Part shown: piece after piece, positions 1 to 11,105 of the stretch
Position numbering within the stretch: the stretch's first letter is position 1
How the letters are laid out: every line of letters starts with the position of its first letter
Origin: Camelus dromedarius
Taxonomy: Eukaryota
DNA: 64,000 bases
Direction: 5' to 3'
Assembly (NCBI RefSeq): GCF_036321535.1
Contig: NC_087436.1
Coordinates: 79,858,001-79,922,000 of the forward strand
Position numbers and translations under genes: made by a program
The notes under the pieces: model-generated
What the model was told of the DNA's origin: nothing
Databases searched by the model: none
The model's input: the letters and a program-made list of their open reading frames with translations, nothing else

Positions 1-161
1 TTGGCTATTTGGAGAAATGAAATGAAGATTTTCTACCCCAGAGGACATTTTCATAAATCAACTTCAGGCTTTGAAGACTGTATTTTAAAAAGGTATTCCA
101 AACCTGGTTTTAGGATTGGTAGTTTTGTTGAAAATAAGTATATAGTCTTTTTGACTATGTC

Positions 162-279
162 AAAGGTAATGTGATATCTAACCCTGGTTTGCCCAGAACT
201 TCCTCACTTTTAGTACTCAAAGTCTTGTATCATAGAAGACATCTCAATCCCAGGAAAACTGAAAAGATAGATCACCTTG
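162..279. mobile_element. hAT-Blackjack MITE (MER81/MER94-like)
   Basis: Quasi-palindromic element of about 115 bp: CCTGGTTTGCCCAGAACT..TTTTAGTACTCAAAGTC..CTCAATCCCAGGAAAACTG..GATCACCTT, matching the recalled MER81-type consensus. Confidence 0.65.
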
Positions 280-369
280 GAAAGGCAACTATTTTTATTT
301 GGACGATAGTGATCGTAGACTCTCCTGGATTTAATTAAGGTATATAGAATTTATAGCTTGGCACGGAAC

Positions 370-745
370 AACCCAGAATAAAGACTATATAGCTTCTAGC
401 TTCCTTTCCAGCTAGGTGTGCTCATGTGACTAAGGACTAGACAATGAGATATAAGTGTAGGTAAGACATGGAACTTCTGAGAAGTATCCTTAAAGGGAAG
501 GGATGTGCTCTGCTTTTCCCCTCCCAGGGCCTGCCACCATATTGGATAATGAGATGATCTTGCGGAGGAAAGTCACGCCCAGTGGGGCTTGAGTCATTGT
601 CACTGTGGAGTGCCATATTAACTCTGGAGTTTTTATTTCCATACTTTTTGATTGAGAGAGAGAGAAGCAAATTTCTATGTTTTTAACACTGCTGTCATTT
701 GAGGCTTTTCTGTTACCCAACACTGAATCACATCCTCTGATGTGA
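370..745 (+). mobile_element. MaLR solo LTR (old MLT1, H/I/J-like)
   Basis: MLT1 motifs CCAGAATAAAGACTA, CAGCTAGGTGTGCTCATGTGACTAAG, GCCACCATATTGGA, and a 3' end GAGAGAAGCAAATTTCTATGTTTTTAA..TTTTCTGTTAC. Confidence 0.7.
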
Positions 746-1492
746 TAGTAAGAAGTTTTAACAAGAAAGGTGATTTTTTTCAACTCCTTCATGGTCGGGA
801 AAATACACACCTTACATAATTCTTCATCTTAGTTTTAGAATGTTTATTTGTAGCCAGAGTCACAAAGTTCTAAATTTAAAATTAATTTTAATTTACCTTA
901 ATTTGATATATAAAATATAGGCCAAAGGGAGGTTATACAAGGGAAGAAGAAATCAAACGGATACTCATTTTTCTGAAGTTTTTGTAGCATCTTCTCCCAA
1001 GAGACTTCGGGGGTGGGAATTTTGTAGAGTCTGGGGGAGTGCTGAAACTCGCTGTCATCCTTGTCTTTAATGACGGCCCGCTCTGCTGGCTCTTTTTGTA
1101 ACTCTCTAGCTACTCCTTCTCACTCTGCTCTGTGGACACGTCTTGCTTTGCCAATCCATTTTTTGATGTGCTTCTCTTCCTTCATCTTTAACCTAACACT
1201 CCCTACCCTTTTATACCATATTCTTAATTGATCTTACCCACTTTTCTGTTGAAACAAACTTTATTTAAAGCCAAGTTCTACATACATTGGCATATAATTC
1301 TTTATTTTACCTTTATGTGGTTCCCAGCAGGTCTCCTAATTCATGACTTGTTTGTCTCTGCCTTAATTCCAGTCATTTCCTTAAATACAAATGTGAATCA
1401 ACTTTTAAATATTAACTTGCTACTTTTAGAGTACTATGTTTTCTCTTTCCTCCCCTATCTAAAAGTTATTTTCAAGTTCTCTCAGTCCAGGC

Positions 1493-1852
1493 CAGGGATT
1501 TCAAATGTTTTTGATCACAGCCGACACACTGCAACCCAACACACACACACACACACGCGCGCACGCACACACACACATTCAAATAGAATGGACTATAACT
1601 GAATAGAAGAAAAGAGAAAATATATTTTATACTAAAGTGAATCTCATACAGTAAGAATAAGTAATCTTTAACTTTGTTTAATTCTATGCACACACATACA
1701 CAATTACTATATGACACACACTGTTTTCTAGCTGCTTCTATTACAGTCTATTTTGTTCTCGTCTACTTGGTTCAAAATGAATATCTAACACATCAACAAA
1801 ATTAAGTTCACAATGCACTAACAAATCATGACACACAATCTGAAAAACACTC
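1493..1852. mobile_element. hAT-Charlie-like DNA transposon relic containing a CA microsatellite
   Basis: Degenerate termini CAGGGATTTCAAA (1493) and CACAATCTGAAAAACACTC (ends 1852). Subfamily not determined. Confidence 0.5.
1539..1577. repeat. Compound (CA)n/(CG)n microsatellite
   Basis: Read directly: alternating AC run with a GCGCGCACGC core. Confidence 0.95.
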
Positions 1853-2034
1853 ACTAAAATATTCTTATCAGAAGGGAGGAGAAAGGGAGAATGTCCTTGA
1901 TATTCCCAGGACCCAAGGAGTTTTTTAGAAGGTCAGATAAAATGACAACCTCTGGTGGCTGTGTTTATGGTATCAAAACTGTATCTTCAGTGTCAAAGTG
2001 AAGAAGAGGTTTGGACTCATAACATTGGTTAGGT

Positions 2035-3000
2035 CTACAATTTTATCTCCAGCTCAGACTTTCTGTTCCAAGTTCCTATAGTCAACTTGTGAGATACTCT
2101 GGTATCTTTCTGGTAGTGAGATGATCTATATGTAATTCGTACTGTTCACAACTCAAACTAATTGAAAAGAACACCTTCTTCCTAAACTTGTCTCCCATTA
2201 TGAATTCTCTGTTTCTCTATTTGAGTGACATATGAAGTCACCCAAGTTAGAAACCCGTCATTCTTGGCTCTGCCCTTTTCCTCATTCTCCAAACCTAACA
2301 CTCATTTTTCACTACTGTCTTGCAAATTTTAAAGCCTGAATATTTGTTGAATCCACCGCATGTTCTTCAATCCTGTTGCCTCTCTCCAGTTTCTGACTCT
2401 CCCTACGTCTCTACTTGGGTTACTATCACAGGTGTCTCATCTTTACTGCTCTAATTTTGTCTGCCTCAAATCTCATTCCTCAACACAGACACCATAGGGG
2501 ATAATCGACATTTCAAATCTGACTTTGATGCTCCTTTAGCTAAAACCTTTCAGTGACTTGTCACCTACAGGGTATGATCCAAGTTCCTTAGGGTGGCCAA
2601 GAAGTCCCTGGTGCTCTGGTCTTGACTTATGACTCCAGCCTCATCTGCTGCAGTTCTTTGCCTTGAAATTGGTGTTCTGACAACACAGAACTTCTCTGGC
2701 ACACTGCTTGTGGTGTCTCACATCTGTGCTTTGATAATGCTTCATCTGCCCCTTTTCAGTGTCAGCATTTACAGCTATTCTCGGGTGGCTCCCCTTTAAA
2801 AGGCTTCCATGACATCCCCCAACAGGGTGAATTAAATACCTCTTTCCTCTACTCCCAAAATATCTTGTGATTTTTCTCTCATATAACTCATCATGTTGTT
2901 CTTGTTTTCTGTTTAAATATGTGTCTTCTTAATTAGGACACACAGTGGGTCCTCAATAAATATATGTTTAATAAATGCATGAATTAACTAATGCATTAAT
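2035..3000 (+). mobile_element. L2 LINE, 3' part
   Basis: L2 motifs ATCTCCAGCTCAGACTTTCT, CACCCAAGTTAGAAACC, AAAACCTTTCAGTGACTT; ends with CACAGTGGGTCCTCAATAAATATATGTTTAATAAATGCATGAAT. Confidence 0.85.
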
Positions 3001-5319
3001 GAGTGAACTAACATAGTAGTAACATGGTGCATGGAATGAGGACAGAATAGAAGTAAATTTTATTTAATTCTGAGATGAGCTGGAAAGAACCTTTCATATC
3101 CAAAAGATTTGATTCATAGGATTTTGCTACCTGGATTGTGTTCCTGACTTTCTGCAATTCCACATGTGATCTCCCTGAATTGAAGAGAAAGAGATGGTGG
3201 CCTTTGCCTTACAGCAAGGAATTGCGGTTCACCTTGTTTTTGGTAGACTGTAAGCAAGGTTGATTGAATAGTATTTCAGGAGATGCACATTGATCATATC
3301 ATTCCTGACAAAAGAATTCATTCAACTAACTTTACATTTTGTTAAGGATACATTACACAAATTATACAAATTCTTAGAAAACCAGTCCATTTGAATGAAC
3401 CATTTGAATGGTTCCAAGATCAATTTCTGACCAAAATAAATTGGGTTAACCCAACTGTGTGTACTATTTGGTAGGAAGTTAACTAGCTTAAAAAAAAAGT
3501 TAGCAAATATAAATCGCCCCTCTAGAAAGCATCTTAAAGAAATGTTAAATAATTTATGAGTTTTTATTTATAATACTAAAATTTGCTCTAATCCCTTTTT
3601 ATTCTTCCTGCATTCTTATTCAGTAACTGAGTGTAGTTTAGCACCTACTCTTGGTCAAGGCTTAGCCCACTTGTTAATAGAGATAACATTTAATTAGCAG
3701 GAAAAACCATGCACAGGAACAGTAAAACCTATATATTACTAATGCTTGAAGAATTTGGGTTTCTAATCCTCTTAGCCGACCTCCGAGCTAGGGCTACATG
3801 CCACAGAGGAGGTGGATGGATCAGCCTTTGAGTGAGCTACAGAGGACTGTTTCTTTGTATGTCAAAATTTCTTTGTATGCTTGGCTAAAGCAGAGTGACT
3901 GTGGGTAAGTGTGGAATGACATGAGATTGGAAAAGTATCTGAGTGAAAGGAGAGGAGTAACCCTTAAATAGGGCTCATCATAAAAGAACTATGAATAGAA
4001 GAAAGTGTAGGCAAATAATCTCTTTCGCTGTTTTCCTGTGTTTCCTTGGGTCACATGCAGCTAGTGGAGTATGACATGCCAGGGTAACGCCTCTTTTTAA
4101 ATGAAACTAGGCTGCTCTCGAAAAGCCAAGTAGGAATCAGAGAGAGGCCCAGTTTGGGGGACACTGAGGCTGGAAGGGACAAAAGGGGCCTGGGAAGCTC
4201 ATGCGTGGTCTGGTCTAGGTCACCAGGATAGAAGGTCATACAGTGATCTGGGGATAAACTGTAACTAGTTATAAAGAGTGTATGTTTACTTGGAGACTCC
4301 TTTGGGATTGTGGTGGCAGCATAGTTTCTGAACTTAAGGATATTGTTATTCTTTTCATCCACCACAACTCAACTGAAACACAACTATATTTACCATTTTA
4401 AATAACTACTTCTGCTTTTTTGACATAGCTACTGTGCAAGCAAGAAAGGGTGGAAGAAAGATTGCTAGAAATAGATATGTATACAAATCCATATGTACTT
4501 ACATTAATATATATTTGACAGTGAGATTTAATATTTGCTGTCATTTAGTCCAATGTTTTTCTTTGTCTTAAAGGACTGAGGTTGATTTTCAAAATGATTT
4601 ATCCTTACAGCTCAAACTAATATATCACCACTTTTAAAATTTTGCCTCATAACAGCTGTAGCATTATCCACATGCCACAGGAAAACAAACCTTTTTAATA
4701 TACGAAGTGTGTCAATGTTAGTCATGTGATTTGTAATGCTTTAGCTTAAATATTGATTTTTTTCAAATTCAATTTTTATTGATTTCTCTTAAATATTAAT
4801 CATTTCTAACGACAGCTTAAAAAATAGGCAGAGACCCTTGAACATTCTTGCTATCCACTGCTTGTAGAAATAGAGTACAATTTTAGTATGCTTCAAATTA
4901 AGTCAAACAAAAACATACTGCTTTTTCATTTAAAGGTTTAGTGTCATAAATCAAAATTTTATTTGTGCCGAATCAAGGGATTTATGCAGAGTATTAACTG
5001 TGGCCATGTAGTTGCTCCATGAACAATCCAATGCCATCTTCAATCTCTAGCCAGTTTATCTATAATTTATCACCCTCCTTGCTTCATGGAAAATCATTCC
5101 TGGCCTCTAGGAGATCAGAGTTCTGGAGTATCAGTGAAGTTGACTGGACTCAACTTAAATATGATGACTGGAAAGTGGCAGACCATCAGCAGTTCCAGGG
5201 GACTAATCTTCTAGGATATTAGTGTCTGGAAGATACGCTGATGCTCCTTGAAAACAAAAGAAATGTCACTTCCTCACATTGGCTGTGTTTTAAATTTTTA
5301 ATTGGAAATCAGCACTGCT

Positions 5320-5500
5320 GACTGATTGAGAGTTAAACTTAGCCATGAATAGCTGTGAGGCTTCAGTACATCACTTAACCCCTCTGCCCTTGGTTTCCCC
5401 ATCCAGAACCTGGAGGAAATAGCACCTGTCGCTGGCTGTCAAGGACATGGTGTGGATAAGCGAATTAGTATTGGTGGCTTCTTGAGAGAAGAGCAGGACA
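5320..5500 (+). mobile_element. MIR SINE
   Basis: Core TAGCTGTGAGGCTT..CACTTAACCCCTCTGCCCTTGGTTTCCCCATC. Confidence 0.75.
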
Positions 5501-6439
5501 GGTAGTTATCAGACTGAGAGGGTTTGTTTTTAAAGTTTTTCTACATGAATTGAGGTTCTGTGATACACTTACAAGCAATTTGTAAATGGTAGTTGAATTT
5601 CAATTTCAGTTCACAAAAACTTTTAAACCCATAAAGGAGCTGAAAATAAGATTTTTTATATAAATTTAAGATTAAGGAATTAAATATTCTTACCTTTAAG
5701 GTAAAAAGAAAACGCAGAAATATTGTTGAAGTACTACAAATATCCTAGAGAACTGCAATAAAGCAAGGTAGTTTTCTTTTTTCTGTTGTGTGATGATGAT
5801 GTTTGAGAATAATTAAAAGATGATGAGTATAGGGGTTAATGACAAAATTAAAGAATATTTCTGTACACTATGAATTTATTAAAATAGCAGGTTTTAAGAA
5901 ATTATTTAATTTAAAAAATAAAAATAAACTTAGAAAAGCATATAAAAATGATCTTCCACCAGCCAGAGATATGCATTATAAACATCTTTGCCTTAGTTCT
6001 TGATTTAAACTAATCAAGACATTTAACTTTGCCTTTCTTTGATAAAAGTGCTTCACCAACACTATTTTTGTATTTAACCATCATGATAAAACTTCTGTCT
6101 CACAACTAAATCAGGGCTGAAACACAACATAATAAATAATATATTCAAGCATCTGGTTATGGTTATAGTGGTGAAGAAGGAATCCTGAAGGGTGAGAAGT
6201 TAACCAGGCAAAAGTCTAGGGCTGGTAAACTGAGGAAAAAGGATATAAAGGAAGAACCACGCGTTCCAAGGACGAGCGTTGAAAAGAGACATGACTTGTT
6301 CGCAACTCCGGTTAGTTTTATGTACGAACCACTAATGAATTGACAGACTGTTCATCTTTTGTTATGGACCTGATTTAGCCAAACCTGGGTTCTAGTCTAG
6401 GCTCTACCTCTTAGTCGCTGTGTAACTCTAGATAAGATT

Positions 6440-6725
6440 GATTGATTGATTGATTTAATTGAAGTATAGTCAATTTTAAATGTGTTAATTTCTGGTGTAC
6501 AGCATAGTGTTTCATTTATACACATATATATTCCTTTTCATATTCTCTTTTATTATAGGTTATTACAAGGTGTTGACTATAGTTCCCTGTGCCGTTCAAT
6601 AGGACCGGGTTGTTTATCTATTTTATATATAGTACTTAGTATCTGTAAATCTTGAACTCCCAATTTATCCCTCCCCACCTGCTTTCCTCTCTGGTAACCA
6701 TAAGTTTGTTTTCTATGTCTGTGAG
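6440..6725 (-). mobile_element. L1 3' UTR, 5'-truncated, cetartiodactyl/camelid-type
   Basis: TTGAAGTATAGTCAATTT..TCTGGTGTACAGCATAGTG..ATAGTTCCCTGTGC..GGTAACCATAAGTTTGTTTTCTATGTCTGTGAGT. Tail decayed to (GATT)n; candidate TSD TAGATAAGATT (6429) / TAGACAAAATT (6726). Confidence 0.9.
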
Positions 6726-6744
6726 TAGACAAAATTTATTTAAC

Positions 6745-7040
6745 TTTTTTTTCCATTGGAGTAAAGTTAACATAGCATAAAATTTACCATATTAAGGTGC
6801 ACAGTTCAGTGGCATTTATTACATTCACAATGTTGTGCAACCATTACCTCTATCTAGTTTCAAAACACTTTCACCACCCTAAGAGGCAGCCTTCACCCAT
6901 TAAGCCATCACTCCCATTTCCCCGTCCTCCCAGCGCCTGGAAACCATAAATCTGCTTCCCACCCCTATGGATTTACCTATTCTGGATATTTCATATAAAT
7001 GGAATCATACAATTTGTGACCTTTTCTGTCTGATTAACTG
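6745..7040 (-). mobile_element. L1MB-type 3' UTR, 5'-truncated
   Basis: CATAAAATTTACCAT..ACAGTTCAGTGGCATTTATTACATTCACAATGTTGTGCAACCATTACC..ATGGATTTACCTATTCTGGATATTTCATATAAATGGAATCATACAAT. Confidence 0.9.
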
Positions 7041-8647
7041 CTTTAACTTCTTTTTGAGCCTCAGGCATTCCCACTATCCTTCCGAGTGTACATGTACCTT
7101 ACTGGATCATCATATGAATTAAAAGTAAATTGTGCGCATAAAACACCAGACAGAAACCCTGAAGGTCTTCAGGCTTTCCATCCAGTCTTTCCTTTTTCAC
7201 TGTTTGGTTTTAGATCATTGCATCTACCTCTGTCTGTGTATAGATATTATACTAATCTGTGAGGACTTATTTAAAATAAGCTTTTCTTCCTACCACAAAT
7301 TACTGTCTTTGTGATCCTGTTAATGGGGTATTTCTGGGGATTTTCATCTTGGCCTGTGGTGCTGCCCTGTTCCCTCACCTCGTCTCCTGCCTTCATTTCT
7401 AAACAGAGTTGTACTTCCATCCAGTTGGTGGGCCCTGGGAATTTTCTTTTCATATCTGTGAAAACAGCAAGCTGACAAGCTTCTTCTTGGCATAACACAG
7501 CATATGTGAATCTCTGTTATGTCCAAGCGACTTTGTTCATAGTTAATTTGTTGAATTCCTTCGGAGAACAGACATGGCATTCCCCACTGAGCAATCGGCA
7601 CAGCTGTGAAGCCAGGCAGTGGCCAAACAGAACCCAGTGTGAAATGTGTATTCAGAGCCCACAGACGGCGGCGGTCAGGGCTGAGCCCCTGAAAGTTTAC
7701 TGGTCTCTCTTTGCGAATATGGAGCATAACCTGCCCCACAGCCCCATGTTGCCCATAGATCTTAGGTGTGTAAGATGCATGGCTGTGAAGGTTTAATAGA
7801 CGCAAATGAGCAGAAGGGGAGGCCCAAGAGGGACGCTGTGATCCCGTCTCATTCTACACTCTTCCCTCCTTTGTTCTTTCTTTTCTTTCCTCTTTTCTTT
7901 TTTGTTGTCCTAAGATTTCCCTCCTGTCTCCACAGTTGCTTTGATCTTGGCATGGTTCTCCCTTGACAATTAAGAGATGGGGACTACCCCCTGACAGGTC
8001 ATTATGAAGGGAGCTGGACTTTAAAAAGAAATAAACTAAACCTTAAGCACCACTCCCGTGAGTCAGGAGAGACCATGTACCACCACTACCTCGCCTTGGG
8101 TAGGCAGTGGGTGGGCAGAAACGGCAGCGTGTGCACGGTCCTCAGTAAGCACTCCTAATAAATCTCCCCCTGCTGAGCTGATCAAAGGCTGCTCTCCCCA
8201 AAGCTAGCTACGCACTGTGAAAGTCAGCCTGGCATTCAGAGGTCAGAGTTGCACGTCTCCTTGAAATATTCCATACAGTCCATGAACTGGTCCTTGTCAT
8301 TGATAAGAAAATAAGCACAGGCTGAACAGAAAGATTTCAAGGAAATGAGCCTAAGGAGATTATCGACAAACCTGGTCTCTCTTTGTGTATTCTCTTTTTT
8401 TGGGGGGGGGGGGTTGGTTCTCTTAGGCTAGTATGATAATGACTGAAAGGAAGACCTCGACATGGAAAAATGTGAGAATCTCATGAAAAAGGATCCTTCA
8501 TAATTCCCTGAAAAGCTCATGGAATTCTGCTGGAATTTTCCAGGCTCCCTGCTTGGTTGAAGGAAGAGCTGCCTAAAGTTTGTCTCATAAAGTTGTTTAG
8601 GAACATTAGGTAAAGAAAGGAAGTTTCTGGAAACTTCTGGTTAGACT

Positions 8648-8664
8648 TGTGTGTGTGTGTGTGT
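8648..8664. repeat. (TG)8 microsatellite
   Basis: Read directly. Confidence 0.95.
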
Positions 8665-8699
8665 CAGTGGGGGGAGGGGGATGTTCTGTATGTGTATTA

Positions 8700-8880
8700 T
8701 ACTAAGTACTTTGCATGTTCTATCTTTTATTTTGATCAATGTGAGGTAGGCATTTGGTAAAATTGAGATTCAGAAAGAGAAAGTAATATGCCTAAATTGA
8801 GCAGGTGGCCAGTAGAAGTCAAGATCAAAATTTGAACCCAGGTCTCTGAATCCAAAGCACTTTCCACTGTTACCTATGCC
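8700..8880 (-). mobile_element. MIR SINE
   Basis: CTAAGTACTTTGCATG..AAATTGAGATTCAGAAAG..GAACCCAGGTCTCTGAATCCAAAGC. Confidence 0.75.
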
Positions 8881-8954
8881 ACCTGCCCTCATACTGCTTA
8901 GTAAGCACCTACATAAAACTTAGTTTCCCTTCTTCTCACTGATTCCCTCAGAGC

Positions 8955-9215
8955 CCATTCATTCAGCAAATGGAGACTGGATAATTTGTACATGCAAAGC
9001 TCTGCAGAGCATTAAAGGTGAGGAACACAGTTCCTATCCTCAGGGAGCTCACAGCTTAGGTGAGGAGATAAGACATGCTGGGAGAACACCAAGGAGGGAA
9101 AAGAACATGACTAGTTGGGAGCACCCAGGAGGTGTCACAGAGGAGTGGCACTAGAGCTTGGCTCTGAAGAGTGGAGAGGATTAAGAAATATGAACAGGGG
9201 AAGAATTCCATCTGA
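8955..9215 (-). mobile_element. L2 3' end
   Basis: CATTCATTCAGCAAAT..ACAGTTCCTATCCTCAGGGAGCTCACAGCTTAG. Confidence 0.75.
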
Positions 9216-9469
9216 AAGAATGGAAAGGGAAGGTGCAGAAGAAAGGACTCCCAGGATAAGAGCGAGGGATGATGAGTCTTCCAGGTTATCTGGACTCTAA
9301 GCTGAGACTAATCAGGTCTGGACCTAAGTCTGGGGAGGCTGGACTTTCTGGCTTACTTGGTATTAGATATTTCAAGGGAGGAAATACATAATGATGAACA
9401 ATTAGGCAAGAGGTCAGAAATGAATGACTGGCAGGTAGATTACCAAAGACAGAAGTATTTTGTTGGACT

Positions 9470-9721
9470 AGCACAATTATTTCTTAAAGTGAGCAATTAT
9501 TTCTGAAAAAGGAACTTCAAATAAAAATCTAGATTTCTAAATTATGTTGAATTTGGCATTTGGTATGGCAATAATTGGCTGCAACTGGGTAGAAGCTTCC
9601 TCTTCTAGACAAGTCACGTACTTCAGTTTATCAGCGTCTCTGCCTAATCCAATACCTGAACTGCTTCATTCATTTACGTTATCTGTCTAGCCCCTGTGGG
9701 CATTTGAGTTGGCAATCCCTG
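9470..9721. mobile_element. hAT-Charlie-like DNA transposon relic
   Basis: Terminus GCCCCTGTGGGCATTTGAGTTGGCAATCCCTG and internal ATAAAAATCTAGATTTCT. A similar sequence lies in the opposite orientation at about 59270-59570. Confidence 0.55.
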
Positions 9722-9977
9722 TCTTAAGTTGCCCCTGATGGATGGTCTATTATCATAAAGTAGACAAGTTACAGATTTAACTTTTTGGCCACACTAAGGT
9801 GAATACTGTCATCATAAGATATTAAATGCATTGTTTATAATCCCATAGAAAGAGAAGCCTAGGATTTACAGATTTATTGACCTTTATTAATCTTTTCTTG
9901 TATTTCTTCTTATCAAAGACAAATACTCCTGGATTTTCCACTAGTGATCACTTCAGTCAAAATCTGATCATGGGCCC

Positions 9978-10478
9978 TGTTGTAGACAGAATAATGCCCC
10001 TTCAACCCCCAATTTATCCACATCCTGATCCCCACTCCTGTGAATATGTTGCCTTACATAGCAAAGGGATCTCGCAGATGTGACTGGGTTGTTTTTGTTG
10101 TTTTTGTTTTTTTGCTGATACAACCAGTCCTTTTATTCAGAAGGTCAGTAATTGAAAGTAAAAGGTTGTCACTGGCCTGTGCTGTGTCTGAAGATGTCGC
10201 CCTCCTTCTGTGAGCCAGGCGGTACCCCCTCCTTCCGCCGGCCCTGCCTCCGTGAGAGCTAAAATAATCCCTTGGTCTTCATCATGAGGTACTAATGTGA
10301 GGTCAGAAGGCAGTAAGAAAAGGATACAGGATTTGATCCTCTTTCAGGAAATCACAGTTTGTCCCCGGGGCACCAGCCCTTTCCTTGTAAAGCGCAGCTG
10401 CAGACCGGGTTGAGGATTTTCTGATGGGAAGGTTTCCCTGGAATATCTGCCCAATATAATCACAAGGGTCGAAGAGGT
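9978..10478 (+). mobile_element. MLT1D-like MaLR LTR, 5' part, interrupted at 10092-10402
   Basis: CAGAATAATGCCCC..TCCACATCCTGATCCCC..CCTGTGAATATGTTGCCTTACATAGCAAAGGGA..GCAGATGTGA; resumes collinearly at 10403 with GGTTGAGGATTTT..GCCCAATATAATCACAAGGGTC. Confidence 0.85.
10092..10402 (-). pseudogene. 5'-truncated processed retrocopy of an unidentified mRNA 3' end
   Basis: On the minus strand: about 290 nt of non-repeat sequence, AATAAA (complement of TTTATT at 10132-10137), 18 nt, then an A-rich tail (10092-10113). Flanked by TSD GACTGGGTTG (10082-10091) / GACCGGGTTG (10403-10412). Confidence 0.75.
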
Positions 10479-10544
10479 GAGCGTAGAATGATACACAGTA
10501 GGTAAATTACCAACATAGATGCCATATGTGTTCCATGGTAGTGT

Positions 10545-10725
10545 TTATTTACACTTACTAGGTAATAGGCATTTACCTGCAAAAATTTATTTACCTTTGT
10601 ATTGCTGTGAGGTTGGTGTCATTTTACAACTGAGGAAATGATAGTAGAGTTGAATGAAAATCGTCAGCATGACTTATTCATATATAACATATTCTTATTC
10701 CAGTGTTCTCTTTACTATGCCTATA
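10545..10725 (-). mobile_element. MIR SINE (degenerate)
   Basis: CTGTGAGGTTGGTGTCATTTTACAACTGAGGAAA. Confidence 0.6.
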
Positions 10726-10849
10726 TACCCTACATTCATTTTTTTCTTTTGTCTTCCTTTCTGAGCTAATTTTGGAAGGTGGATTTTATTGATAACATCT
10801 TTATGTGAACAGAATCTTTTTAGATAGCTGGATGTCTTACCAGGCTAAG

Positions 10850-11105
10850 CTACTGTAGCAGTTAAAAGACCATACCCTGGAGCCAGACTGCATAAATATA
10901 AACACTGTTCCATTTCTTGCCAGCTGTGTGTCTTTACATGTGCATGACTTCTTTATGCCTGAATTTCCTCATTTGTAAAATAGGTATAGTAATAGCACCA
11001 ATTTCATAAGATATTTTTGAGAGTTATGTGTGTTTAAACATGGAAACTGCTTAGCTGACTTCCTGGAACTATATGGAAGCCTTTGTTTATCATTGTTATT
11101 ATAAT
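10850..11105 (+). mobile_element. MIR SINE, near full length
   Basis: CTGGAGCCAGACTGC..CAGCTGTGTG..ATGCCTGAATTTCCTCATTTGTAAAATAGGTATAGTAATAGCACC. Confidence 0.85.

Larger units (their letters stand above)
6365..7145 (+). mobile_element. MIR split into three pieces (about 6365-6439, 6726-6750, 7042-7145) by two L1 insertions
   Basis: Removing the L1s gives GCTGTGTAACTCTAGACAAAATTTATTTAACTTCTTTTTGAGCCTCAG, collinear with MIR core GCTGTGTGACCTTGGGCAAGTTACTTAACCTCTCTGAGCCTCAG. Confidence 0.75.

Noticed and set aside
8123..8143. REST/RE1-like site
   Set aside because: Needs an indel and four or more mismatches at key positions.
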